Shown here: piece by piece, positions 12,286 to 28,546 of the stretch
Numbering within the stretch: position 1 is the first letter of the stretch
How the letters are laid out: every line of letters begins with the position of its first letter
Position numbers and translations under genes: made by a program
From: Schmidtea polychroa
Taxonomy: Eukaryota
DNA: 64,000 bases
NCBI GenBank assembly: GCA_044892525.1
Contig: CM097888.1
Span: forward strand, 16,244,001-16,308,000
Direction of reading: 5' to 3'
The notes under the pieces: model-generated
What the model was told of the DNA's origin: nothing
The model's input: only the letters and a program-made list of their open reading frames with translations
Databases searched by the model: none

Positions 12286-15200
12286 ATTGTTGCTATCAAT
12301 CTTATCAATTGCTCGTCGAATTTCTTCTTTATTCATTGTAGATTTTTGAAATGGCATAAGGATAAAAAATTATCTACCAAAATAATAAATTATATAGAAT
12401 TCAAATATTACCTGATATTTAAAATTTCATTAAGCGTCCACATAAAATGTAGATGCAATACTGAATACAATAGCTAAATACGTTTACTAATACTTGTCGT
12501 AAAGAGTAAATATAGATAATGCAACCGTATAAAGTAAGATTATATATATATATATATTCACAAATTAATAACAGCAAAATTAATTGTTTTTAAAATTAAT
12601 GTATTACAAAAATAAATTGATTAATTTTACAGTAATTGAATTGTACAATGATCATAAATGTATTGCTTTTTGTTCACTTTTCACGAGCCCGTGTCATTAA
12701 ATGGAAAGTTTTCATCAAATTTTTAATATCTAACTGTGGCTGACATTCAACCCATTTTAAAGTTCCCTCAAGAGTCATGAATGTATCAACAACATTGTGA
12801 AGGAATGCCGAAAGGTTTGTCCAAATCTTTTATTTTTTCATTTAAAGTTTCACCAAAAAACAATAGTTTATGAATTAAAAAAACTTTTATCATCATTTAA
12901 TGAATGCAATTCAGGAACACTAATATCACTCAATAATTTAGATTCGGTCTCTAGACTTTTGGACAATCCATTTATTTTTATAATAATTTTGCCCAAATTT
13001 AATTTACAGTCCTTTTTTACTCTTTTCTCTCGGGTTTTCCTCATTCCCTAATTTTGCTCGACTTAATTAAATGGTTTTGTTGATCACTCGGATTTTCTCA
13101 CACTGCTCGGGTTTCCCATTAGATAATTAATTTTAGTTTTTTGTAAATATTTCCTTTTGGTCCATCGAATTTATTTTATTATATTTGATCTCGTCTCATT
13201 ATTTGGCATCCGCCCATACTAGTTTCCCTCGGAAAATATTTATTTTTAATTTTTAATTAATATTTTTGTACTTTTTAATATTGTTAATTTGATGTTTTCG
13301 TTGATTTTCACTTTATTTTTGTACCTATTACATTGAACCCAAAAAATAAGATTCAACACAAAATACTTTATTAAACGTCAATAAAATTTAATACAATATT
13401 GTCAATTACATTCTTGTTTGATCTGCATCTTTCTATAAAAATTCAATAAGGTGGGTAACCAAACGAAAGACTTTAAATTAGATTTTAAATGTTTAAAAGC
13501 GGCTCGTCTGTTTGTGAACTCTCTTTTTATACTCTTTCTGAAAAGCCAATTATCTACATAATTTGAAATTATTAGAAATAATTGATATTCATTGAACCTT
13601 GGGTAAATATTTTGAGAATTATCACAACAGTTTAATTTGTTTACCCCAGATTGGCCACTCGGGTGAGTCCGCTTTCTTATCTAATCGGTCGTGTCTTATT
13701 GGTTTCCAGATTTTCTTCGGCACTCGGGCTTCCCATTACGGATTAATTAACTTTAATTATTTTTTTTACGTTATAACTTTCCCTGTGAACCCCTTACTAA
13801 ATTTTCATTATTATTTTGGAATTTATCTTTCAATTTGGCGTTCAACTATACCCTTTCTCCTGCTCAATATTTATTTTCGATTTTTATTAAATTTTTATTA
13901 ATTTTTGTACTTTTGTATGGAGATTTTTATTGATATTAATAATATTTGTTACGCTTTCTTTTTCTTTTTCTAGTTTTAATACTAACTCCAACACAGGCAT
14001 TAATAACCATTTACACATTACTTTTAAGTTTATCATAGATAAATCATGTCCATCGTCCACAAATTAGAAATGTTTTTAGGAGACTTTTCCAGAAATCATC
14101 CACTTGCTGGACATGAAAGAGCATTGTCGAAAATAAGACGAGATTTCATTTATTGAAGGACTTGACACTAGGAATGAACTTGTTAACAATTAATTGTTAA
14201 ATAATTCTGAATGTATCCAATTTCTTTTATGTTGAGTGTAATTGATAAGCATACAGTCATATTTACATTTGAAAAGCGTTGTAGCTTTTTAAATCTTCAA
14301 TCAATGATATTGGTGACTGATTTGATCTGTTATCGCTTGCATAAACAAATTTTGTGTCATGATCTTTTTCTAATTTATATCCTTTGGTCACTTTTCCACT
14401 CTTCTTTGGTAGCAACTTCCAATAAAGGCTTGTGTAATCATTGTCGTAAACCCTTGATACTTTTCATTCAATAAACACAACAGTTTTGCTAACCTCATTC
14501 TGAATTTCATTATGGAATCTTAATCCAAACATAAGTAAGTATCCTAATTTCGTATAGTTTTCAAAATTTTTATCTTTTAGTTTGTCTTTATTTAATTCAA
14601 TTATTTTTCTGAAAGTATTGAACTTGATAATGATTGACCAGTAGTGTGATCCCGCTATTCACATTTGTTATTGAAAAGACCAACTACATATTAATGTTGT
14701 ATTAAAAATTATGGGGAACTCATTACTCTCAACAAGCATTATTCTACCGCTTCGTTGTTTTTGAAATAAATGAAAGAAAGAGCTATTAATTGTAAATTTT
14801 TTGTCTATCTTATTAGTATTTCTGAATAAATCCTATTTTTTCCTACCATATTTTATTTCAATTTTTTCAATCAGTTTATTTTGAATTTTAAATCTTAAAT
14901 GCGTCAGTTATCTGATTAAAACAAATGTATCTATTCTAAACAATTAAGATCAGTTTTGTCACACTTTAATATATAATTCTTAACTTAACTTTGTAGAAAT
15001 AAACAGAATAGTAAATAAGATAAATAGAGAACATTCATTCAATAAAATGAACACTTAANNNNNNNNNNNNNNNNNNNNNNNNNNNNNNNNNNNNNNNNNN
15101 NNNNNNNNNNNNNNNNNNNNNNNNNNNNNNNNNNNNNNNNNNNNNNNNNNNNNNNNNNNNNNNNNNNNNNNNNNNNNNNNNNNNNNNNNNNNNNNNNNNN

Positions 15201-16052
15201 NNNNNNNNNNNNNNNNNNNNNNNNNNNNNNNNNNNNNNNNNNNNNNNNNNNNNNNNNNNNNNNNNNNNNNNNNNNNNNNNNNNNNNNNNNNNNNNNNNNN
15301 NNNNNNNNNNNNNNNNNNNNNNNNNNNNNNNNNNNNNNNNNNNNNNNNNNNNNNNNNNNNNNNNGAATAAAATAAAAGACAAAAAATTGACTAAATCATT
15401 ATATATCAAACTGACATCAAATTGAGTTTAATTTAAGTATTCTCCTGCAAATAATTCTGTAAAAAACTGATAATTCGCATCTTAACATAATTCTACTTTT
15501 CCCTCTCAAATATACAGTGAATGCCAATGGGAGTTTATTGGGGGAGTTTTAGAGTTTCTTATAACATTTCCTAAATAATTGTTATTTTTAAATGCCACAA
15601 AAAAGTGTTTTCTGTTAACAAAAAAAAACAAAAAAATATTAATTTATTAAAACTTCTGTAAACATAATATAAATCTAAAATAATGATCGAAAATATAGCA
15701 TTCCAATATCATGGAAAATGCTAATATATATTAAACCGAATTTTCAAGGGGAAAAACTAAATTTTAAAGTTACAGAAATTTTGACATAAAGACAAATTAC
15801 AAATCCCAGTTCGTTCGAAATGGCCTCGATCAAAGAGACGAAATATAAACACACACACAAACATAGATACACACACACAAACATAGATACACACACATAA
15901 GCTACGAAAACTAAACATGCACACAGGCAAGGTTCAGAAATTCCAATAGTTCATCAAGCCCATTGATTGTGTTAGAAACATGCGAAACTAATACAGTTAC
16001 TGGATTAGTCAGTGCACAGATTCCCGATTTCGATATTGCTAAATGATCATGT

Positions 16053-16093
16053 CTAAATTAGGATAATTTATGATTCATCTGCAGCTATATAAA
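16053..16093 (+). promoter_or_regulatory. Actin-1 CArG-like box and TATA box
   Basis: CTAAATTAGG (16053-16062) then TATATAAA (16086-16093); same spacing as in the other two actin promoters. Confidence 0.65.
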
Positions 16094-16136
16094 TGGGAGA
16101 AATTTATTTTTCAATTAGTTAAAAACAATTCAATAA

Positions 16137-17322
<1,186 letters not shown>

Positions 17323-19693
17323 ATAGGATTATTTGATTTTTGGCTTTTAGTTCTAACTAACGCTTTGATATAATAAATAAAATGCTTTTGTCTTAGGTAT
17401 TTTACTTATGCTTTTAGTAATTGAGTTTTAATATATTAAATAACAATAGTTTATATGAAATAATAAATTTAATTTGAAAATAAAATTTTAGAAATCACTA
17501 ATACGTTGTCATTTTACATGAAAAAGTAAAAATCCGATGATAATGAAATTTCAATGTAGTTTTTCTATTTAAATATTAAATTTTTTAACAATGCAAAATA
17601 ATATTTTTATCATTGAGTTCTAAATTTATTTTAAGCATTGCAATCATGGCTGTACTTCCGAAAAGATTTATAGTTTATTTACTCACGATTGAAAGACCTT
17701 CTTCCAGGGTTATGAATTTTTATATTTCCATTTATGCATTTTTATATACCCATATATGGTTGTTTAAATCTAATAAATTAAAAATTCTTAAATTTGGTTA
17801 ATAAGTATTTATTTAAATAAATGATTCTCTTCTTCGAGCCTTTTATGGGTATATAAAAATGCATAACNNNNNNNNNNNNNNNNNNNNNNNNNNNNNNNNN
17901 NNNNNNNNNNNNNNNNNNNNNNNNNNNNNNNNNNNNNNNNNNNNNNNNNNNNNNNNNNNNNNNNNNNNNNNNNNNNNNNNNNNNNNNNNNNNNNNNNNNN
18001 NNNNNNNNNNNNNNNNNNTTATTTTTATTTTTAATTATTTACTATTATTATTTATTAATATTATCCAATCCATAACAACTTGGATTGCAATTTATTTTCA
18101 ATTTTACTTCATTTGATAACGCTTGCATAAAAACTACATTTCTGAATGGCGGCAAAGGCATACCAGTTACTTCAAAATCTGAACATTTAATAATTCGAAA
18201 TTATATGCGAAATCGGAAGGAATGTGTTCACCTTATTTATCAAATAATATTTATATCTAAGACAACGCAGTTACAAACGTTTTTTAAACAATCCGACGTT
18301 TTCCATTAATAGCGTTTTAATTTTCTAGAAAATATAAATTAAAAAATAACAAAATTATCATATATGTGCAACATTGGGCTAACAATCAAATTAAAACTAC
18401 GAAAACCAATGAAATAAAAACTTTTTAAATTCTTTTAATGAGAGTTTTTTTTTTAAAATTTATTTTAGGGTCTCAGAATTTTATTATCAATATCCCACAA
18501 ACAACTATTTTCCAATAATTTTTAAAGTTTTTTGATAATATTATACATTTATCGTCATAACAACATTAGATAAATTTTAAAAGAAAAGGATAAAATGAAA
18601 AAAAAACAGATTCAGGACGAACAAAAAATAAAATTTATCATATTTAAAAATATTACTCATTCAACTAGGTCCGCAGTGTCCGTGAACTTGATTACAGAGA
18701 TGTTTAGGAAAGAGAACACAAACTAGCCGGTAAATGAGGTTTATTAGCAAACACTCTACTTATTTTATATGAAAATGACAAAATTTAAAATTTTATATTA
18801 CTCACTATTTTCACAATGTTATATTTTAATTCGAGAGTTCAACCATGATGAGTGAAAAACTTTCTAAGGGTAAAAATAGTTTACACTTTATTTTTTATTC
18901 AAACATCATTTAAAAGTTTGGCACTATTGTGGAGAACATATTGGACCATATTGTCCAGAGTTTCACAAAGTTCAAAGGTCACCAAGGTCAAAAGTCTAAA
19001 AGCTTAAAAGTCTAGGAATTATTTTCTGCACAATTAAAATTTTTTTTTAATATTAAAATTTTAGAAACTTATAAAATTTCTATCTCAGTTGCTAATATTG
19101 TAATCTATATATTAGGTGAAAGAGAAGATAATTATCTATCTAATGACATAATTCTTTAAAAATATATATTTAAAAAGATATTCAAGATTCAAGTTTCAAA
19201 AAACCTGATATTTTAAAAACCTTATTTAAATGATTCGCGTGATGTAAAGCTATGTATGATTGGAAAAAGCAACATTTTAAAAGATTTTTATGAACATATT
19301 AACTTTCGATATATTGTAGAGCAGAGGTGTCAAAGATACGATCCACGAGCTAATTATAGTCTAAGAGACACAAAATTCTAGCCCACGGCAATGATCTTTT
19401 AAATTTTTATTTACTTTTTTAATTAAATTTTAATTTAAATTTACTTATTTTAATCATTATTAAGTTTTAGAATATTTTAATTTAATATTTAAAATTCAAA
19501 TTAATTAGTAATTAGTAATTAAAACAGTTTGATTATTACAAGTTATTCCAAATCCTACAATTTTCAGAATACAAAACATTTTAAAGACGAGAGGAAAAGG
19601 TAAACATAAAAAATATTATGTCATGTGGAATGAGTATCAAAACCCTACTTGGATATTAGAATCTAAGCTTCAATGAATGAAACTAAGTTTTAA

Positions 19694-20703
19694 ATGATCT
19701 TACCCAAAAATAGTTGCCCTTTAATCCATTCAAAAAACGATGTTAGTAAATTTATAGTCGAACTTCAAAATCCAATCTTTTTGAATAGTAATTGGGAAGT
19801 AGCCTTGTTAGACTTTACATTTGTCTTCAGTCTCTTTCCATTTTACACTAAATAAAAAATTGAATATATTCAGACGCAGGCAACCTTAGAAAATATTAAA
19901 GCAAAAATAGTGAAAGGTATGAAAGCATGAAATGATGATGAATCCAACTGATACGAATACATCAATTTATATTGAAGGTAAATATTTAATTTGCCTTGTT
20001 TGAAGAAACCATTTCAACTTTTATTTGAAATATTCTGCTAAACGTCTGTGATTTGCATTATTACGTAATACATTTGATGAACATGTGAAAATAGAACTAG
20101 ATACTCTTTCAAAAACGATACTTCAGCAGAATTGAAATTTCAAATTTTGTATAATGAAACATCTAAACACATCTGCGCTTTTCAAGATGATTTATTTATT
20201 ACAGGTCTCGATCAATTACAAGTTTATTTAACACAACATTGTGCAAATGTTTTCACTATTCATTGAACTGAAAAATGCATTTTTTTTTAAATTCAGATTT
20301 AATTCTAATATAAGTCAAGTTAAATTTGACCCAAATTTGGTAAAAACATTAGGATTATCAAAAGATATATATTTACAAAATTGGTAAGTTAATGAAGAAA
20401 CGTCAAAACGAAAAATAATTAAACTTTATCAATAAATGTTCATATATAGTAATATTGTTGAATCAATTGCCTATTGAAATCAGTATGGGTTGATAAACAT
20501 AAAAATGAAGTAGTGCAAATTGTAATTGAAAACTTCATGTATTTATTTGTTTCAACATTCTGTATAAACAATATAAAAATTAATATATAATATAATAATA
20601 TAATAATTAATATATAATACGTTATAATTCTGGAAAATTGATAAACTTTTCAAAAGATTCAAAAACTCATTTGACTTTACATTTCAAAAAGACAGATGTA
20701 TAA
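19694..20703 (+). mobile_element. Polinton/Maverick minor capsid (penton-like) pseudogene
   Basis: N-terminal MILPKNSCPLIHSKNDVSKFIVELQNPIFLNSNWEVALLDF, internal MFIYSNIVES, C-terminal GKLINFSKDSKTHLTLHFKK; many stops and frameshifts. Confidence 0.7.
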
Positions 20704-20759
20704 TCCTGATATTGTTTCTCTTTAGAGTGGTAGTCAAACTGGTGGAGAATTATCATAAT

Positions 20760-21008
20760 TTATGGATAAGCAATATGAATTCAGATGGTTGCCAACAATC
20801 AGAAAGTCTGCACTTTCGATACTTCAAAAAGATTCGTTGTTTTGGCATGAAAACAGTAAAGGATGTAAAAATGAAAGATAAAAAAATACTACAAAAATTG
20901 AAAAGACATGCAATGAATGAAATTGTAAAATTGATACATAATGCTGCAAAATGTTCTAAGTCAAATAAAACTAAAAACCTTCACCGCCACCACCAACACA
21001 GAAACTAA
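20760..21008 (+). mobile_element. Possible Polinton small basic protein (PW-like) remnant
   Basis: Lys-rich ORF (QQSESLHFRYFKKIRCFGMKTVKDV...LKRHAM) between penton and major capsid remnants; family match is weak. Confidence 0.35.
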
Positions 21009-21087
21009 CACTACAACAAATTCTGAAAAAAACGGCGAAGATCTCGTATGAACAAAAGATGGAAAGGTTGTGGAACAATATTCGAAA

Positions 21088-22286
21088 ATGATGATCTCCG
21101 GCAAAACTAAATTGTGTATTTTTGATCGTCCATCTTCACAAGTAGTAATTGAAAATGGAATATTTGAAGATGTATTTCCCATGAATTCAATTACTGATTG
21201 GAGAAATGAAGTTGATGTTTTTATTAACGGTCCGTAGAGTGAATATTTAGATTTAAATGATACTATTTTATCTATTCAACTGAAAGTTATAGATAAAGAG
21301 AAGAAAGACCTGGCAGGTGGTGTAGATGTAGTTCCAAGTAATTATATGTTTCATACGCTATTTAAAGATGTGATTCTTAGTTTTAATAATATCAAAATTG
21401 AAGGTGGTAACAATTCATATTCACTCAAAGTTTTGTTTAAAACAATTTAAAATTATAATGGAAATAAAAAGAGTGTTTGTCTTGCACCAATGGGTTATGG
21501 AACTAAAGAATTTAGAAAAACGTGGATTACAAAATCGAGATTGTTTTCGATGTGTTCTTCCTTATAACTTGATTTTATGGACCAACTTCCAGGATTTAAT
21601 GTACATATTCGTATGAAGATATCAAATTCAAAATTTTGTTTGGATACATCCTGTTGATACTGCATTAAAAAATATAAGTTGGTTGATGTAAAAATGGTTC
21701 GACGAGCAAGAATTGAATCATCAGTTTTTGCAGGTCATCAGATTGGTCTTAATTCGTAAAATGCGATTTATCCTATTAAAACCAAAGAAATTGTTGCATT
21801 TGCAATAGGCAAAGATTCATCATAATTTGATAAAGAGTAAATATTTGGTGATAAACGTCTACCAAATTTTATTCGTGTAGCCTTTTAAACAGAGGCTCAA
21901 TACAAATGCAAAATCTAGATCAAAATTTGAACATTTTAGTATAACAACAATAATTTTACCAACAATTTATGATTATCGTGAAACATATTAAAGATTTTGA
22001 CAATGGCAATTATGCTGTAGCGTATATGCCGTCTATAATTCGAAATGTGGATTATTTATATAAGAATTCGAATTGGAGAATTGACATTGTAGATTTTAAG
22101 AAGAAATAATCCTTCTTTACATTCATTTTGGCTACCGACTTTGAATAGAATCAATCTTAATTACCACAAAATGTAAATTTGAGACTTGATATTAAATTTA
22201 ACAAGGCTCCAACATCTCCCGCATAAATAATTATCTATGGAGTTTTTAAGAATGAATTCATGTTTTTGCAAATAGAAACATTTTAG
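21088..22286 (+). mobile_element. Polinton/Maverick major capsid protein (PY) pseudogene
   Basis: KLCIFDRPSSQVVIENGIFEDVFP...EYLDLNDT...VVPSNYMFHTLFKDVILSFNN...NNSY; C-terminal NLRLDIKF...IIIYGVF; interrupted by stops. Confidence 0.85.
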
Positions 22287-22349
22287 TTTAAACAAAGTTG
22301 TTGTTGAAGAAAAAGTTGATTTATAGAGTAAGTTTTAGTTATGACAAGT

Positions 22350-22725
22350 ACATACTAAATTATTTCTATTCGAAGAAATCGAATTGCAAAAAAATCTATT
22401 TGGAGACAGGTTTTTGGTAGTTTATCCGTTGGATAAAATATCTTTTCTTGAAATTAACAATGCCATAATAGTCAATACTTAATCGTCAAATCTATATGGT
22501 GAACATTGTCTAGCAATCTATGTGAAACCAAAAAAGATTAAAGTGTTTGATTCTAAAGATTACTTTTATCCACTTCTGTTAGTGTTGAAGTTATCGAAAT
22601 TATTAAAACATATTGTATACAACAGAATTAGTTATCAAGAACCATTAAAAGTTCTTGTTTTGTTTTATTATGAGTTTAATAAATTAGTTGGTGTTGTTTA
22701 TTTCTTTTTTTTCAAAAGTAACTAA
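22350..22725 (+). mobile_element. Polinton adenain-type cysteine protease pseudogene
   Basis: RFLVVYPLDKI...IIVNT*SSNLYGEHCLAIY...VFDS resembles the adenain pattern IVNTD..PGxHW.A...YFDS; immediately follows the capsid gene. Confidence 0.75.
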
Positions 22726-23786
22726 AATAACATAGTTTATGTATAAGTTTCTCAATGTTTACATAAAACTGAAGTGCCTCTGACTTCCACATTAATAAAA
22801 ATATCAACTTAATAATTAAACTTAAAATATATTATTAAATTAATTAAATTAAAACAGCTGTTTAAATATTCTTTTCATTCAAAAACGATTTTATCAATTC
22901 ATGCATCGTTCGAAATCTCAAACCTTAACTCTCATCAAAATCAATAAAAAAGATATGCCAAACATTCGAGAAGCTGAAACCTTTGTTTTCCTAGCTGATC
23001 TCTCTGTTGATGAGCTTGATCATCAACTTCTATTCAACCAAAGAAATTTTCCTTAGAATACTAATTCGCGGTTTTAGTGATTCTCATGATAAAGTCTTTG
23101 ATTCTCAAAAGTAGTTAATGAACAAAGTTATTCCAGATAAAGATTCCAACATTTTCAAATCGTACGATATTGGAGTCTACTTGCCCAAAAAAAAAGTTCA
23201 TCAAGAATCTCAGTAAAATCTCCAGATCAAGTGTACATGCTTCTATGATTGCTTTCAATGTCGATTTCAATAAAAACTTTATGCAAATTAGTTTCATGTC
23301 TCNNNNNNNNNNNNNNNNNNNNNNNNNNNNNNNNNNNNNNNNNNNNNNNNNNNNNNNNNNNNNNNNNNNNNNNNNNNNNNNNNNNNNNNNNNNNNNNNNN
23401 NNNNNNNNNNNNNNNNNNNNNNNNNNNNNNNNNNNNNNNNNNNNNNNNNNNNTTTATAACTTTTTGACAGTGATGAAATTTAGGTCTAACACTTCTTGTT
23501 CTATATCAATTCTAATTTCGCACTGGGCCCCTAAATAATAAATACATTAGAAAAACTTCATTAAAATCAATAAATATGAATGCAAAAAAATTAAAGAAAA
23601 TTTTAAGTGTCTGCACAGGGCCCCTTAAAAGTTACAATACGGCGCTGGATATAGTTCCAATTCAAAAGTTTATAAAAATATTTAAAAAATTGTTACATTT
23701 TTTTTTCAAAGCTATTATTGTCATTTTTACAAAAAAATTAATTTATTAACTATTTATAAATTATTAATCATATTACAAATTAATTA

Positions 23787-24246
23787 GGGGGCTGTCCATA
23801 AAGTACGTCACGCTACAGGGAGGTGTAAGAATATGTGACTATTTCTGACAGGGGGAGGAGAGAGGTTAAGGTCATGTATAACGTCACACATTATTTTTTG
23901 TTAGTAGAATTTAATAGTTTTAAAAATAATTTTCAAAAATTTTGTGAAACATTTGTATTAGAGGGTTAGGTAAATGGTTGTTTATTTCAGACCGGCCGGA
24001 TTTTTATGAATAAATGAAAAAACAATTTCATGACCAATCACCCGTTTAAGTCCTCCATGTGGTTAGTAAAATTTAGGAAATAACATAATATATTTAGAAT
24101 GAATTTTAATTAGGTGTTAATTAAAAAAATTTTTCTTCGAAAGTGTAACGTACTTTTGGCGAGGGGTTCCGAGATTTGTGAAGTTTGTGACATGGGGAGG
24201 GTTCAAACTGGTCAAAAATAGCGTGACGTACTTTATGGTCAGCCCC
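23787..24246. mobile_element. TIR MITE (TA-flanked; PIF/Harbinger-like termini, superfamily uncertain)
   Basis: GGGGCTGTCCATAAAGTACGTCACGCTA ... TAGCGTGACGTACTTTATGGTCAGCCCC, about 28-bp TIR with 1 mismatch, TA on both sides. Confidence 0.85.
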
Positions 24247-24911
24247 TATATTGATTAATAGCTAATTTTATATAATTCTATATACGATTGACACGTCACT
24301 TACGTGAGCTTGGTAAATTATTTATTAATTAAAATTAAATAGAATTTTTCTGCTAAGTTTTATAATGTTAATATTAATTTAATTTCGACAAATAAATAAT
24401 ATGCAAATACAGTATTTATCACAAGAAATAAAAATGAAAAAATTAATTATTTTTCTTTATCCCTGGTCAAAATTATTTTTAAAACAAAAATTAGTTAATA
24501 AAATTAATGAAAAAATTGAAATAAAATGTATTAGATAATTAACTTTAATTTTTTTGACGTAAAAATAATTTATTAATTATTTTCTGAATAATTTAAAATT
24601 TTTAAACCAGAAAATGATTAAATAAATTTTATGAAATATTTGCTAAAGTTCAATTTCAAAACGAACAAATTTTAAAATAATTTTCACAAGTTCTGATTTA
24701 TTTTAATTTAAATAAATATAAAATTTAGAATTTAAGATTTAGAAAAATTGGTCAGAAATATTCTTGTATTGAATAATAAACAAACCGATAGAGATACCGA
24801 CATAATTTAAAGAAAAAGAAGCACGAACATTCGGCAGCATGTGAAAGTTAATGTGCAGAATCTACAGCATGTCTAAAATCAGTGAAATATTATTTGCTAA
24901 AATGATCATGA

Positions 24912-26178
<1,267 letters not shown>

Positions 26179-26757
26179 ACATTTACATTATTTTATTAGT
26201 TGAATAAAGTTTTAATTATTCATTTTCGCTTCAAAAAATTACAGTAATAATTATCAAGATTTCACATTTTTTTTGTGTGCTTCCGGTCACCGGATGTTTT
26301 ATTTTTTGTTATGATTATGTCATAATTATTTTGTTCCGTAACAATTATAATTTTAAAATTATTTTTATCAAATACTTATTAATATCTGGTGCAAAATTTC
26401 AAAACTGATAACAAAATGCAATAAATAATTTTAAAATATATTTTTTTAACCTCGGAGATTTTTTTCACAACTATGATTACGGTGACGGTGATTTAGTATC
26501 CACCGCCGGGAACTTAAATGTCTAAATTATTAGATAAATACGAGCTAGAGCAGATGTTTTATTTTTATTTTTTAAGTATCAGACATTCAGTAATATCGAG
26601 TATTAGGAAAATTCAAAAATAACTGCACAAAAGTAAAAAATAGCAAAAAATAATGCAATTAAAAATATAATTTTTGAGTGAATTCAAATTTCTGGAAATC
26701 GAAAAATTTTAGTTTACACTAAGTTGATATTGATGAAAAGGTTTGTGTCTAGATTCA

Positions 26758-26960
26758 GTGTTTGATTCTATGAGTTTCTATTATCCACTTCTGTGAGTGT
26801 CGAAGTTATCGAAATTAATAAAAGATATTTTGTAGAACAGAATCAGTTATCAAGAACCGTTGACCGTTATTGTTTTGTTGTATTATGAGTTTAATAAATA
26901 TTAGTTAGTGTTGTTGATTTCTTTATTTTCAAAAGTAACTAAAATGACAGTTGATGTACA
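26758..26960 (+). repeat. Second copy of the Polinton protease 3' region
   Basis: Colinear diverged copy of about 22545-22742 (TGTTTGATTCTA...CCACTTCTGT...GAAGTTATCGAAATTA...AGTTATCAAGAACC...TTCAAAAGTAACTAAAAT). Confidence 0.8.
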
Positions 26961-27807
26961 ATTTCCGCCTCAATAACATCAAAATGTATAAGGGTTCATC
27001 ATTTAGCGATAATCATAAATTAGTCGCTCTTTTCACATATCCGGAAAAACCGGTTTGCTAGCTTCTATTTGATTTGTATTTGGCTTCTCTTGATTTTGAA
27101 GTGATTTTTGAATTGTATAGAGAGATTTTAATAGACTTCTACAGTTTCAATTTGTATTTTTTCGATATCCCCCAATAAAGGCACGGCAAAACAGTGCAGA
27201 CTAAAACGGCGCGGATAAATCTATATCATATCGTGAATTACGTGTGAATTAACTAGATTCTAAAAAAGGAATATAGTGATTAAAATATGAACTTTTATTG
27301 TTAGCGTCGTTTTGGCCGCGCCTTCATTGGTGTAAACCCTATTACTGACATATGGAAAGAATTTAACTTTTAAATTGAAAAACAAAGTCACTGTGGCACA
27401 AACTGCTCGTCGTGAAAGAAATCGTTGTATCAGTTGAAAAAGCGTTGCTTCATGACAACAGATGCTTCTATTGCTTGCTCTGTAGGTCCAATTTCCACAA
27501 AATTATGAATCAATTCTACGTCTTCCTCCTTAAACGATACAGGTAAGTCCACATCAAATTGGATATGTTAAACAAAGTTTCAACTTATACGAAAGCAATT
27601 TTCCAACTTTTGCATAACATAGACACCATCCGTCATAATTAACGATATTTTTGTTTAATTTTAATTCAAATAATGCTAAGATTCCTCCAAGAAATTTGAT
27701 ACCCGTTTCCCCCGTCCAGTATTGATTTTGAATTTTTAGTAAATTTTAATTAATTTTGTACTTTTGTTGTTTGGAACATTTTATTTATTTTAATAATATT
27801 TGTTATA

Positions 27808-27811
<4 letters not shown>

Positions 27812-27874
<63 letters not shown>
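27812..27874. repeat. (AT)n microsatellite
   Basis: AT dinucleotide run. Confidence 0.95.
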
Positions 27875-27879
<5 letters not shown>

Positions 27880-27904
27880 TTCGTACTCACCCCAACAATT
27901 TGTT

Positions 27905-28165
27905 ACTTCATCTACTTGAATTGTGAATTTTGAAGCACAAATTGAGAAAGCAGTTGATCGTAAATATCTTCAGATACATCAGGGATTCGTCTTTCATCCG
28001 TATTCTACACAAGCGGTATTTGACGCAACTGTTTTGCATACGATTCACCAAACATGTCTCCACTATATCAATTGATGCTGGCAAAACTAGTGTTTCTCCA
28101 ATTGTATGTGCTTTCCTACATATTGCAATTCCATATGAAACTTGCTGTTATTCAAGAAATGCTTT
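27905..28165 (-). mobile_element. hAT (Buster/ZBED5-like) transposase fragment
   Basis: VSYGIAICRKAHTIGETLVLPASIDIVE then, frame-shifted, YAKQLRQIPL...RRIPDVSEDIYDQLL: typical Buster-family motif. Confidence 0.75.
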
Positions 28166-28546
28166 TGAATGGACAGAAATGGACAAACTTTAATACCTGT
28201 AGATTTAGTTGCATCACCATCAAGATTTAAATTAAGGAAGCCCCGAGGAACAAAATGCAAGAGAATTCATATAAAAAATCCTTTGTTTTATTTGGGTTAT
28301 AGGAAAAACATTATAAAAATTTTAAATTTTAAAAATTATCAAAATCAATTAAAATTAATAAAAATTTGAAAAACGAAAAATTCAATATTTTTCAGGAAAG
28401 GAGTTAATATGTGTCAAATGAAATGTTGAAGACGAAAAAATTTTAAATCGATTAGAGGTCTATAAAAATGGTCAGGAGCCCAAAAATAAATTAATTAATT
28501 AATTTTCAACAAAATCCATTTTATCTATCTTGAGTTTAATTATGTA

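Noticed and set aside
15035-15409. ORFs spanning N gaps (also 3438, 3875, 17859, 23170, 23249, 30179)
   Set aside because: Open only because N codons contain no stops.
18969-18990. AGTTCA-A-AGGTCA-CCA-AGGTCA nuclear-receptor-like direct repeats
   Set aside because: Such AAGGTCA arrays are common inside invertebrate DNA-transposon remnants and no target gene is linked.
23000-23300. Possible Polinton packaging ATPase (LRILIRGFSDS)
   Set aside because: No GKT/S Walker A lysine and no Walker B seen; similarity too weak.
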